Assembly (NCBI GenBank): GCA_002269645.1
Contig: NIVC01004631.1
Coordinates: forward strand, 1-40,225
Direction of reading: 5' to 3'
DNA length: 40,225 nucleotides
Origin: Macrostomum lignano
Lineage: Eukaryota
In this document: piece after piece, positions 10,865 to 22,339 of the stretch
Numbering within the stretch: position 1 is the stretch's first letter
Layout: each line of letters opens with the position of its first letter
Translations under genes and position numbers: made by a program
The notes under the pieces: generated by a model
The model's input: only the letters and a program-made list of their open reading frames with translations
The model's database searches: none
What the model was told of the DNA's origin: nothing

Positions 10865-11122
10865 AGGCGAGAAGTAAAGAGAGAAGGAGAGGGGGAGAAG
10901 GAGAGGGGAGAGAAGGAGAGGGGGGAGAAGGAGAGGGGAGAGAAGGAGAGGGAGAGAAGTAGAAGGGAGAGAAGTAGAGGGGAGGGAAGTAGAGGGGAGA
11001 GAAGGAGAGGGGTGAGAAGGAGAGGGGAGAGAAGGAGAGGGGAGAGAAGGAGAGGGGAGAGAAGGAGAGGGGAGAGAAGGAGAGGGGAGAGAAGGAGAGG
11101 GGAGAGAAGGAGAGGGGTGAGA
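10865..11122. repeat. Polypurine 15-bp repeat GGAGAGGGGAGAGAA
   Basis: Almost pure G/A tract. Confidence 0.95.
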
Positions 11123-11243
11123 AGTTCGATCAGTCAAAATCCGAATCCCGAATAAGGCAGCCAAGAGCAATAAAGATTAAGCTCTCAGTTTATCGCAAAA
11201 ATCATTAATGAATTCTCATTGCTCAAAGCAACCGGTTACTCAC

Positions 11244-11427
11244 AGAATGCCAAAGCTATTTGGCTCATCGACTCTTAGCGTTATGGCGGCTCCTTTGATG
11301 TTGATGCAGCCAAGAGGCTGGCTATCCCGCTGCAGGGCCTCCCGCTGGTCCCTATAGAACTGAAGCCGGCAGCTCGACTCCTCGAATACATAGTAGTGAG
11401 CGCGCTTGGATTTGAACCGGCTGAAGG
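11244..11427 (-). CDS. TBC1D2: TBC1D2-like exon, PH domain
   Basis: FSRFKSKRAHYYVFEESSCRLQFYRDQREALQRDSQPLGCINIKGAAITLRVDEPNSFGIL. Acceptor ttctcAG, donor GTGAGT, phase 1 to 2. Confidence 0.85.
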
Positions 11428-11539
11428 CTGAGAAACAGTTGAGTGACACTGTTATGCCGATATGCCGATATGTATCGAAGGACAGTTTTTTACTACTCTT
11501 ATATGCTATTGTAACCTGACTATTGTAGCTTGTTTACTT

Positions 11540-11882
11540 AGCTTTTCTGCTCTACTCTACGCTACTCTATCCTACTTCACATTCCACTCTACTCTATTCT
11601 ACTATACTCTATCCTGCTCTAATATATTCTAGTCTACTCTACCCTACTCTACTCTACTCCACTCCACTCTACTCTACTCTACCCTACTCTATCCTACTCT
11701 ACTCTACTTTACTCTACTCCATTCTACTCTATATCTATATCATGCTCTAATCTATTCTAGTCTACTATACTCTATCCTACTCCACTCTATTCTACTCTAA
11801 CCTACTCTACCCTACCCTACTCTACTCTATCTACTCTACTCTATCCTACTCCACTCTACTCTACTTTACTCTACCCTACTCT
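11540..11882. repeat. Degenerate (CTACT)n pentamer microsatellite
   Basis: Direct periodicity. Confidence 0.9.
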
Positions 11883-11925
11883 CAATGCACAGTCAAATTA
11901 ACAGATTTAGCAAAGCTGCACTCAC

Positions 11926-11977
11926 GCCCAGTCGGCTTGCTGTACAACAACCCGGACAGGCTGTGCCAGGGTCCCAT
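11926..11977 (-). CDS. TBC1D2: TBC1D2-like Rab-GAP, first coding exon (start of PH domain)
   Basis: ATG at 11977 gives MGPWHSLSGLLYSKPTG, followed by a GTGAGT donor. The phase-1 join to the next exon gives GPFSRFKSKRAHYYVF, matching PH strands b1-b2. Confidence 0.75.
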
Positions 11978-12444
11978 GCTGTGATTTTGTGACGCCTAGT
12001 CTAAACTTTGATGTCAAGCAAAAAAAATTCGCAGAATCTCAAGCAATACTCCTCATACTAGTTATTAGCTTCTGTTATATGGCCAGTGGGGAGAAAGTGT
12101 GTCCATGACCGTTGTATTGTTCAGTCAAATTCACTTCAGTCTCATGCTTTTGTTGTGGGGGAGTTGCTGGGATCGCGGCTGCATGCAATTCTGGGGGTTG
12201 CGGGACAGGGAGGCAAAGGAAATGCGAGAGCGGCGAGGGAAGAGAGGGTGAGATCGGTAGGCCAGTGGTTGGTTGCTGGGCGCAGGGGGACAGACAGACA
12301 GAATGGAGAATGGAGATCTCGGTCGTACCTGCGGCCAGGGACTTCTAGGGTATGCAGCATCTGGATTGGAAATCGGCTGGCCGGACAAAAGGAACGAAAT
12401 CAGAGACATTGAGCTGTGATAAGTTTAAGTTAACACTAAATATT

Positions 12445-12792
12445 CCCCTAGTGTTAAAGCCCCTACAGTTAAAGCCCCTGGTGTTAAAGCCCCTGATGCT
12501 AAAGCCCCTGGTGCTAAAGCCCCTGATGCTAAAGCCCCTGATGCTAAAGCCCCTAGTGCTAAAGCCCCAGGTGCTAAAGCCCCAGGTGCTAAAGCCCCTG
12601 ATGCTAAAGCCCCAGATGCTAAAGCCCCTAGTGCTAAAGCCCCAGGTGCTAAAGCCCCTGATGCTAAAGCCCCTGATGCTAAAGCCCCTAGTGCTAAAGC
12701 CCCAGGTGCTAAAGCCCCTGATGCTAAAGCCCCTGATGCTAAAGCCCCTAGTGCTAAAGCCCCAGGTGCTAAAGCCCCTGGTGCTAAAGCCT
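12445..12792. repeat. 15-bp minisatellite GTGCTAAAGCCCCTG, ~22 copies
   Basis: Direct periodicity; source of the VLKPL-repeat ORF. Confidence 0.95.
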
Positions 12793-13279
12793 GACGATTA
12801 GAAAGTCAAAGGGCCACTATACTCCTTTTGTGAGCGTGTGTATGAGTGCGTACCTGCTTGCAGCATTGCACTCCAGATATCCTAGTTCTAGAACTCCATG
12901 GGCGCATATTAGTTGGGTAAAGGCGAGACTCAGAAACCTGGGGAAGTGGGAGTAGAAGAGGAGAGAAATCCTGGCTTATTTGGTTATAGCCCGTACAATG
13001 CAGTGTGCGTCAGCTTGCATTATGCAAGTGTCTGACATGCATCAGGTCTTCCATTGTGTTTTAGTGCTGGCTTCAATGCTCTGCTGTGAATCTTTTCCTC
13101 TACCTGGTTCATATATGCAATATGCTTATATTTTTTGTTGTGTTGTGCAATCAACAAGCTCACAGTGTTGTACGAGCGTAGGATTATTATTTTGCACTTT
13201 TAGGACCACTTAACGGACACTTTGGATTGAAAACTAAGAGGTTGGGTAAAGGAAGACAGAGATTACTTAACAGTTAGAG

Positions 13280-13600
13280 TAGGAGAGGGAGAGGGAGATA
13301 GAGAGGGGGATGGGAGAGGAAGAGAGAGAGGGAGAGGCAGAGAGAGAGGGAGAGAGAGAGGGAGAGGGAGAGGGAGAGGGAGAGGGAGAGGAAGAGGGAG
13401 AGGGAGAGGAAGAGGGAGAGGGAGAGGGAGAGGGTGAAGGAGAGGGTGAGGGAGAGAGAGGGAGAGGGAGAGGAAGAGGAAGAGGGAGAGGGAGAGGGAG
13501 AGGGTGAGGGTGAGGGAGAGGGTGAGGGAGAGAGAGGGAGAGGGAGAGGGAGAGGGAGAGGGAGAGGGAGAGGGAGACGGTGAGGGAGAGGGAGAGGAAA
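13280..13600. repeat. (GAGAGG)n polypurine microsatellite
   Basis: Direct periodicity. Confidence 0.95.
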
Positions 13601-14147
13601 AGACGTACAGCAAATGGCAGGGTAAACTGTAAAAAAATACTATGATACAGTAATAAAAGCTATTTGAGTTCAAGGTGAAGTGCTCAGCCAGTTTCAGCCG
13701 ACCCGCCGTGTCCTGAGCAGACAAACACGCTCTGGCGTCCCTCCACATGCAGTCGAAAATCCTGTCAATTTAATCAGCGCCTCGTTTGCAAGTCCAAAAA
13801 TAGCAATTAGGCAATCAAAAATGAGAAAACTTCGACACCCACTCAAGCGCTGAGACAAATGACTCAGCGAGTGACGCGCCTAATCTCTTATCGTCTCTCT
13901 GGCCTCTAATTAGAAAAAGGCTGTTTTACTTGACAGCAAATTTTAAGGCTATGACAGACTAACAGACTTACTGGCGCTGTTTTAGAATTTTGTCTTAACA
14001 GTATATAATGAGGGTTGTAACACCTGCAGTTTACCTGTGGTTTACTTCTTTTGCATCGAGAAGTCTTTGTTATTAAGGTGAGTCTTACTGTTAATCCATG
14101 AGATTAAATATTGAAGCAAACTCACATTTAGTCATCGAATCATTTAT

Positions 14148-14592
14148 ATAGCTTGTGGCGCCATTCTACGCGTAGCTTGTGGCCCCATTCTACGGGTAGT
14201 TTGTGGCGCCATTCTACTCGTAGCTTGTGGCGCCATTCTACACGTTGCTTTTGGCGGTGCCATTCTACACCGAAGCTTGTGGCGCCATTCTTTACGTAGC
14301 TTGTGGCGTCATTCTACATCAAAGCTTGTGGTGCCATTCTACACCAAAGCTTGTGGCGCCATTTTACACGTAGCTTTTGACGCCTTTCTAGGTCGTACAC
14401 GTAGCTTTTGGCGCCATTCTACTCGTAGCTTGTGGCGCCATTCTACGCGTAGCTTGTGGCGCCATTCCACTCGTAGCTTTTGGCGCCATTCTACACCGAA
14501 GCTTTTGGCGCCAATTTACGCGTAGCTGGTGGCGCCATTCTACACCGAAGCTTGTGGCGCTATTCTACGCGTAGCTTGTGGCGCCATTCTTT
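14148..14592. repeat. 24-bp minisatellite GTAGCTTGTGGCGCCATTCTACGC, ~18 copies
   Basis: Direct periodicity. Confidence 0.92.
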
Positions 14593-15536
14593 TATTACAA
14601 TTTAATTGTAACAACAATTAACAACAATTTAATTCAATTTTTATTACAATTTAATGTATCGATTGTAATAAAATGCCTCGCTACTCTACTAAGAGTAGCG
14701 GGCCAGAGAATATTTTAAACATTTTTGTATTTTTAGTAAAACCTTGGCCATAGAAGACAAAGATTTGTACTTTTTAAATATTTACGAGCATTTTTAACGT
14801 TAAGTAGTTTTTGTCAATAATTGGATGGGAGAAGTCTCTGAGGACGCAGACACAGAGAGGGAGCGAAAGGACTTAAGCTTATCAATAAAATCACGTCAAA
14901 CAGTCGGAATGAACCGATCGACCAAGTCATTGCGCACCGTCGGAGCTGCCGCATCCTTGCCTCCACTATTGGCTTCCTTAACTCTGCTTCTGCTTCTGGC
15001 TAGTTTGCCCTCGACAATGGTTGCCATGCCAACAGCTGCTTCAAACGGCTCAAGGATCAACAGCAGCGCCAGCGGGAGGTCGCAGTACTCAGCTAGCGGA
15101 GTCGCCTCGTTCAGCTCGTCCAACCACCTTCAGGCTGAGTTCATCATGATCTACGAGAACTGACTCTCTATAATTTTTGCTTTTTTCCAATATATCAACA
15201 CCATGTGCTACTGCTGCTACTTACAATATCATTATCAGTATTTGCTATACCGACCGACATTGTTTCCGGCTTTATCGCACATTGTTGGTAAAACAAACTA
15301 TGTACAAACAACAGCCCCAATTCTGGGTGGTCTGTGTGTTTCTGAGAATTTCTTTAAAAAACTGCTTCTTCCGCTAATTTTTTTAAATTTATGATATTAA
15401 AATAAAAAACTTTATACCGGTTTAACACAAGGCAATGAACTCTGTGACATCAACACAATGATACTATAATTGACTTTGAGATTTTGGTTATTTATCTGTC
15501 TGTTTTTTGGTTTCAAACGTGCTCAACCTCAGAGGC

Positions 15537-17410
15537 ACTGGACCCACCACAATGTCAAATATACCATTGGACCCACCACAATGTCAAATATACCATTGGA
15601 CCCACCAAAATGTCAAATATACCATTGGACCCACCAAAATGTCAAATATACCATTGGACCTACCACAATGTCAAATATACCATTGGACCTACCACAATGT
15701 CAAATATACCATTGGACCTACCACAATGTCAAATATACCATTGGACCCACCAAAATGTCAAATATACCATTGGACCCACCAAAATGTCAAATATACCATT
15801 GGACCCACCACAATGTCAAATATACCATTGGACCCACCAAAATGTCAAATATACCATTGGACCCACCACAATGTCAAATATACCATTGGACCCACCAAAA
15901 TGTCAAATATACCATTGGACCCACCAAAATGTCAAATATATCATTGGACCCACCAAAATGTCAAATATACCATTGGACCCACCAAAATGTCAAATATACC
16001 ATTGGACCCACCAAAATGTCAAATATACCATTGGACCCACCAAAATGTCAAATATACCATTGGACCCACCAAAATGTCAAATATACCATTGGACCCACCA
16101 AAATGTCAAATATACCATTGGACCCACCAAAATGTCAAATATACCATTGGACCCACCAAAATGTCAAATATACCATTGGACCCACCAAAATGTCAAATAT
16201 ACCATTGGACCCACCAAAATGTCAAATATACCATTGGACCCACCAAAATGTCAAATATAAAATTGGACCCACCAAAATGTCAAATATACCATTGGACCCA
16301 CCAAAATGTCAAATATAAAATTGGACCCACCAAAATGTCAAATATACCATTGGACCCACCAAAATGTCAAATATAAAATTGGACTCACCAAAATGTCAAA
16401 TATACCATTGGACCCACCAAAATGTCAAATATAAAATTGGACCCACCAAAATGTCAAATATACCATTGGACCCACCAAAATGTCAAATATACCATTGGAC
16501 CCACCAAAATGTCAAATATAAAATTGGACCCACCAAAATGTCAAATATACCATTGGACCCACCAAAATGTCAAATATAAAATTGGACCCACCAAAATGTC
16601 AAATATACCATTGGACCCACCAAAATGTCAAATATAAAATTGGACCCACCAAAATGTCAAATATACCATTGGACCCACCAAAATGTCAAATATACCATTG
16701 GACCTACCACAATGTCAAATATACCATTGGACCTACCAAAATGTTAAATATAACATTGGACCCACCAAAATGTCAAATATACCATTGGACCTACCACAAT
16801 GTCAAATATACCATTGGACCTACCAAAATGTTAAATATAACATTGGACCCACCAAAATGTCAAAAATACCATTAGACCTACCACAATGTCAAATATACCA
16901 TTGGACCCACCAAAATGTCAAATATACCATTGGACCCACCAAAATGTTAAATATACCATTGGACCTACCAAAATGTCAAATATACCATTAGACCTACCAC
17001 AATGTCAAATATACCATTGGACCCACCAAAATGTCAAATATACCATTAGACCTACCACAATGTCAAATATACCATTGGACCTACCACAATGTCAAATATA
17101 CCATTGGACCTACCACAATGTCAAATATACCATAGACCTACCACAATGTCAAATGTACCATTGGACCCAACAAAATGTCAAATGTACCATAGACCTACCA
17201 CAATGTCAAATGTACCATAGACCTACCACAGTGTCAAATATACCATAGACCTACCAAAGTGTCGAATATACCATAGACCTACCACAATGTCAAATATACC
17301 ATAGACCTACCACAATGTCAAATATACCATAGACCTACCACAATGTCAAATATACCATTGGACCTACCACAATGTCAAATATACCATCGCTCACCTACCA
17401 AAAATGAAAA
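15537..17410. repeat. 29-bp minisatellite CATTGGACCCACCAAAATGTCAAATATAC, >60 copies, shortening to ~27 bp at the right end
   Basis: The 29-aa periodicity in all three + frames equals 3 x 29 bp. Confidence 0.97.
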
Positions 17411-19086
17411 TGTACCATAGAGAGATAACTGAAGCGTCGACTTTAGGAACTTTAAAATGATTTTTATTTCAATGAGCCGCCAAAAAAAGATTAAATTTTT
17501 TCACCACCCAATCAACAATTTCAGTTGCTCGCGGGCCAAAGAAACTCTGCAACATTTCGTTAGCTGCAAAATGGCAGTCGCTCAATCCTCGCCATTCGCA
17601 GGCCTGCTTCGTTCAGCCGTCTGGTTGGTCATTGTCTGGCCAATGCTGTCAGCTCTGCAGTTGGCGATTCGGCTCATGAAATTCGGATCATCGCGTACTG
17701 AGGAACAGAAGACAGTCAGTTGCCAACCGAACGACTCAGCCACTCATTACTGGGCTGATGAAGCTGAGCAGGAAGCGGTGAAGCTGAGAGTCAAGGCTGG
17801 TAGACGATGTCGCGATGTCAGCAATGCTGTCAATTCTGCTGCTGCTCATGCAGTGCTGATGTCGGAGGCTGATTAAAAAATCTGTTAGCTCGTATGAGGT
17901 CTGTTTATTTGCTGTAAAATGCGTTGACCAGTGTGCATTTGGTTCTTCACTGCTTGTCGGTGATGGTCCTTAGAAGCCAGAAGCTTCAAGCACGAGCCAC
18001 GAGTTTGTTTTAAATAACAATTACCAAGAACGCTGCATTATACATTCTGTTGTAATCGAACTTTTCCATTTTTTTCTTGTATTTCGACTCCATTTGTTTT
18101 AATCTGTTTATTGTTGTTTAATTACTGACAATGTTCAACAGTTTTGGAGCTGTACACCCAAATAAAACTAAACACAAAAATTCATACAGGTGAATTAAAA
18201 AATCACGCAGGCGTAAACTTAGATCTAAAAATATTTGTTTATTACCCCTCCAAAACCGGCAGCGACGTGAGAGCGTTTTTGTACTTTTAATCCAAGCTTT
18301 ATTCATTTGCTTCAAGTCGCTAAAGAATGACAAAATAAAAGGTCAGACACGCTTTTTCGACAAAACTTTAGTAAGAGAATAAAAATCTTAGAGTATAAAA
18401 AGTTAAAAACTAAATAGATGATTCAAACTGGCGCCAAAAATCTAGGATGTGTTCAAACAAAAGCATAATATTCTACGTCACTACTAGTAGTGGCCTATAA
18501 GTCGAACGAAGAAAAACTATCGTAAGATTTTGGCGCTAATTTGAAAGTGAGGAACAGGGCAACAAGTTTTTTGTAGTGCTCTGGTTGTGAAAAAAATACG
18601 GTAACAATTCAAATGCAACGGAAATGGTTTAAAATACCTGCTAAATATGGCAAACCAAATGAAAACGAGAAATATAAAACATCACGTAACAGCTCTCTTA
18701 GAAAAAAGTGAACCGACTTTCAGCTAACAGTCAATCATCATTAACGTATGAAAAGTCACTTCAGATAAACAAAATGCATAAAACTTACCAGAGAAAGAAA
18801 TGAACGGAAATAATTTAAGATAGAAAAACGTCTTCGAAATACAAATATTGCATTGACAAAAGACACAGAAGATTTCTATAAAAGTAAACTTGTTAAAAAG
18901 CAGCAATTCATTGCATGCACAATGTTCATCAGCTATGCTTAAATTGTCGACAGTTGCATTTGATTACCCAATAACAACAGGATATGTCGTAGAGAGCCTT
19001 AAAACATTTGTAGAGACGTGCGATTGTTAGTCTTTAGCTACTGTATATGTACTTTTAGTTGCGTTTTGTAGGTTTAGGCTGACAGG

Positions 19087-19575
19087 CTACTCGTAGGCGC
19101 TGCTTCGAGTTCTTGGCGAATCCCCGACGTCTCGGTGCCGCCTGCAGCAGCGGCTGTTGCAGGTCCACACGGGCAGCTTCACCCGGCACTGCTGCTCACC
19201 AGCAGCGCCATTGAGTTCGGTGAAAATACCACCAGTAGGCGACGATTTCAGTTTTGCTCGACGTTGCTCGAACGCCTCAGCGACAGCGTTGTCTAAGCGA
19301 TTGGAATTGTTTTTTGGCTGATGATGATCTTGCTGCTGTTGTTGTTGCTTTTTCGTTTGCTGCTGCTTCTGCAAGCTCTCCACATTGGTTATCGTGGCAC
19401 GCCGAGTTGACGTGTGACCTGCCGCAGACACGGCCGCGAACAGAGCGGTCGATGGCGCGGCCACTGCTGGCACTGACGGGGCTGAAGGTCGCGCATCCGC
19501 TGTAGGGGCGCTGGATATCTCTGACAATGGCCGGCACTGCTGCTTCTGTTGCTGCTGTTGCTGCTGCTGCTGCTG
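19087..19575 (-). CDS. Uncharacterised Q/A-rich exon, probably terminal
   Basis: Acceptor aatcAG before a CAG run, an open frame of about 160 codons to TAG 19087-19089, and coding-like composition against AT-rich flanks. Confidence 0.45.
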   Translation of the reverse strand, partial: QQQQQQQQQQKQQCRPLSEISSAPTADARPSAPSVPAVAAPSTALFAAVSAAGHTSTRRATITNVESLQKQQQTKKQQQQQQDHHQPKNNSNRLDNAVAEAFEQRRAKLKSSPTGGIFTELNGAAGEQQCRVKLPVWTCNSRCCRRHRDVGDSPRTRSSAYE

Positions 19576-20007
19576 CTGATTGTTAGATTTAGTGTAGAAA
19601 CGGTACTATGTTTCTAAGAAATGTTAGTTTTTAAATATGCGCGGAAATTTAAATTTTTGTTTTACTGTACGAAATAGTTTTAATGCTCTATTTTTGTTTT
19701 AAATACACCCGAAAATTTTACTATAAGTTAGAAGAGAGAAAGCAACCTGTTCCTACATAAATCTCAAGCTTAAACATTGAACTTGTTCACTAAATTCATT
19801 CTCAGATTACTAAGTGTTGGTCATTTTACAGTAGGAGATCCTAAGAAGTGTTCAGAGAAACTCACTGAGGTGAAGGAGTTGGGAGATATCCAAAGAGATA
19901 CGAAAAGTTGCGCCGTGACTCTCTGGTCCCGGTAAAGCCCGGATTGGAAAAGTACATATACCAGTAAGACCGCTCAGGCCAGAAGTACAGAGACGCTACC
20001 AGACTTA

Positions 20008-20143
20008 TACAGAGACGCTACCAGACTTATACAGAGACGCTACCAGACTTATACAGAGACGAACCAGACTTATACAGAGACGCTACCAGACTTATACAGA
20101 GACGCTAACAGACTTATACAGAGACGCTACCAGACCAGACTTA
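20008..20143. repeat. 22-bp minisatellite ACAGAGACGCTACCAGACTTAT, ~6 copies
   Basis: Direct periodicity. Confidence 0.92.
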
Positions 20144-20822
20144 TGCCGAAGACACTACCAAAATCATACTAAGATCGGTAGGATTTCTAAAAACGAGAGA
20201 AGAATCCCCTGGCTCAACTTGGGTTGCAGTAGTGGAATAAGTTCTAGAAGACAGAAGTATCACCCCTGTTACAGTAGCAACGTGGTCCTTGGTCAATACT
20301 GAGCTGGTTGGTTGCATCGGTACCCGGCTTGTTGCTGTGACCTGATGCTGTCGCTTTTGCTGCATGTTTTTCTCTTGTCGTTGCTGTTTTGGTTGCATTT
20401 GTTGCTGCTGCTGCTGATGCAACTGGATCTGCTGCTGCCGTTGCAGAATGTTTTGCTGCTGCAAGTTTTGATAATGCCGCTGCTGCTGCCTGCTCTGGTA
20501 CTCATAGCTGAACCTACTGATCGCGGACTCGGCGCTGGCCAGACGAGTTTCAATTTCAAGAATTCGAGCAACTGCCGAGCCCGCCTGATTCTCGGCGGCC
20601 GTCTGACGGGACTTCAAGGTTTGCAGCTCCGAGATGAGCAGAGTGAGCAGGTGGGTGAGATCTCCAGTGAGGCGAGCTTCTGCGGCGGCTGTTGCCGCCG
20701 CTGCCTGATGCTGGTTCTGCGGCGGCTGAGATGTCATCGAAGGTTTCACGTGTTTCTCAGCCTTCTTCTCCCGTAGCCGAGCAGAGGAAGAATCGGAGTG
20801 GCGACTGCTGGCTCGATTGCGG
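20141..20822 (-). CDS. Uncharacterised coiled-coil / polyQ exon
   Basis: Acceptor ttcctcAG at 20823-20824 and an open frame to 20141: LTHLLTLLISELQTLKSRQ...ILEIETRLASAESAI (heptads), then a Q-rich tract. The donor is not resolved. Confidence 0.55.
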
Positions 20823-21135
20823 CTGAGGAAGGTTGTGTTGATTAGCTGTCTGACTTATTTATATTCTATAACAATAAACAAACACTCACGGAGGGCTGAT
20901 AGCACCCAGCCTTCTCAATGAGCACCATATACTCAGCAACAGTCAAAAGTTCCACCCTTCCAAGCGAGATGAAAATTTTCTCACTTATTGCGACAACTTC
21001 TCGCTCACAATTCAACCCTCCAGTTACGCAACTAAGCCACCGCGAGGAAGGGAAATTTGATTTAATCAATAATAAACGTCATTCGCACAAAATCATAACA
21101 GTTTTCTATGCAATAATCAGTTAGAATCGCCATGC

Positions 21136-21420
21136 TTAAAAACGCATGTGGGACCCCCCTCGCACGCAGAAGTGCGGCGTACGCATGACGCAGCTTCGCA
21201 ACATTCTGTGGTGGATTCTCTTTTAGAACACAGCGTTTTAGGAAGTCCCAGACATGCTCGATGGGATCATGTCTGGGGACCGGGAAGGCCAGCGCAGAGT
21301 TCGCAGCTGTGGCTGCTCTTTCAGTTGACTAACAGCATCGGCTTGGTGTGGCGGCGCGTTGTCATCTTCGACCTTGAAGCAGACCCAAGCCACCCCCAGG
21401 TGGCAATAAGCTCTGCGCGT
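21136..21420 (-). mobile_element. Tc1-family (DD34E) transposase C-terminal remnant inside an intron
   Basis: DDNAPPH...LRWPSRSPDM(N)PIEHVWDFLKR with 34 residues between the second D and E (after restoring one A at 21267). It ends RGGSHMRF*, like the Tc1 'GGxTRY' terminus, with an internal deletion. Confidence 0.75.
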
Positions 21421-21494
21421 GCGTAGTAAGTTGCGTCTTACTTGGCGGTTGTCCCTCAAGGCTGTGAATCGGACGACAGCCTTAATTCATTCAA

Positions 21495-21570
21495 ATTGTC
21501 GTTCAGATTCGAACCAGGGACCGTAGCGCGAGAGTCGGACGCGTTCACCGCCATCGCATCGCCTCTCTGC
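21495..21570 (-). mobile_element. tRNA-derived SINE-like head
   Basis: Reverse complement reads ...GACTCTCGCGCTACGGTCCCTGGTTCGAATC with a Pol III B-box and matches the copy at 28.8 kb. Confidence 0.45.
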
Positions 21571-21681
21571 CTATACGTACACCAAGAAGCGCTTCAATCA
21601 ACTCAAAAGCAGCTGGAATCTGCTTTTAAAAGTATGAAACTTTTCCAGGAAGCATCCCGGATGCTCAAGTCTCTCACTAAC

Positions 21682-22055
21682 CTGCAGCTCGGTCTTTTCT
21701 CTTCCTCCCTCTGCTGCCGACGCCGCTGCCTTCGCCACCGATGCCGCCAACGTCTGTAGCTGTGCGATTCTCTTTTGTCTGCCGCATCCCGCTGCTCAAA
21801 CTCTTCACTGTCGCTCATAAACAGCCGATCGTCGGTGCAGCTGTCGCAGGTGTCGGCGTGGCTCTCGGCCGCCGCCACTGCCGCTGCTGCCTCTTGATTG
21901 TCTCTCCTCAGTCCGAGACCGTCTCCGCCAGCCCGGGCAGTCGTGATGTGCAGCATGCCGTCACTGGTGGCGCTGTCGATGCAGCACGGCAGTAGGAACC
22001 TGCGGCAACCGCGTGTTTTGCTCGGCTTGACTATACAACCGATTAACTGGGGCAT
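21682..22055 (-). CDS. Uncharacterised charged low-complexity exon
   Basis: GC-rich ORF 21603-22055 with a CAG|GTTAGT donor at 21681 (phase 2) that joins in frame to the exon at 20822. The 5' boundary is uncertain (ATG 22055 or acceptor at 22000). Confidence 0.5.
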
Positions 22056-22339
22056 GCACGAGTAAGCACGTCATAACTCGTTTTTTAAGCATAGATTTTG
22101 TCAGCCAATGTTGATGAGGCAAGATAAGCGAGCTGTCTGTGGTCCAAGTTTCGAACTTATCAGCGCATGATCGACCTGACTGGATTAGTCATCTGCTATG
22201 TACACTGGGAGATGCAAATCTTTTTAGGATCTGTCCCGGAAGGATATTTTACATACGGGCGCATTTATTAACATCTCTGTTGGCGAAAAGATATTTGTGC
22301 GCTTGTTTAGCATACTATTTAGTATGATGGTTTGAGCTT

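Noticed and set aside
12352-12801. VLKPL pentapeptide-repeat protein
   Set aside because: In-frame only because the DNA unit is 15 bp; there is no domain context.
15470-17248. Long repetitive ORFs (MSNIPLDPPKCQIYHW...) as a repeat protein
   Set aside because: All three frames give the same 29-aa period, the signature of a stop-free 29-bp DNA repeat. There is no splice or start context.
14896-17740. Genome-wide TGA reassignment
   Set aside because: The recognisable genes use TGG for Trp and have no in-frame TGA in their conserved domains.
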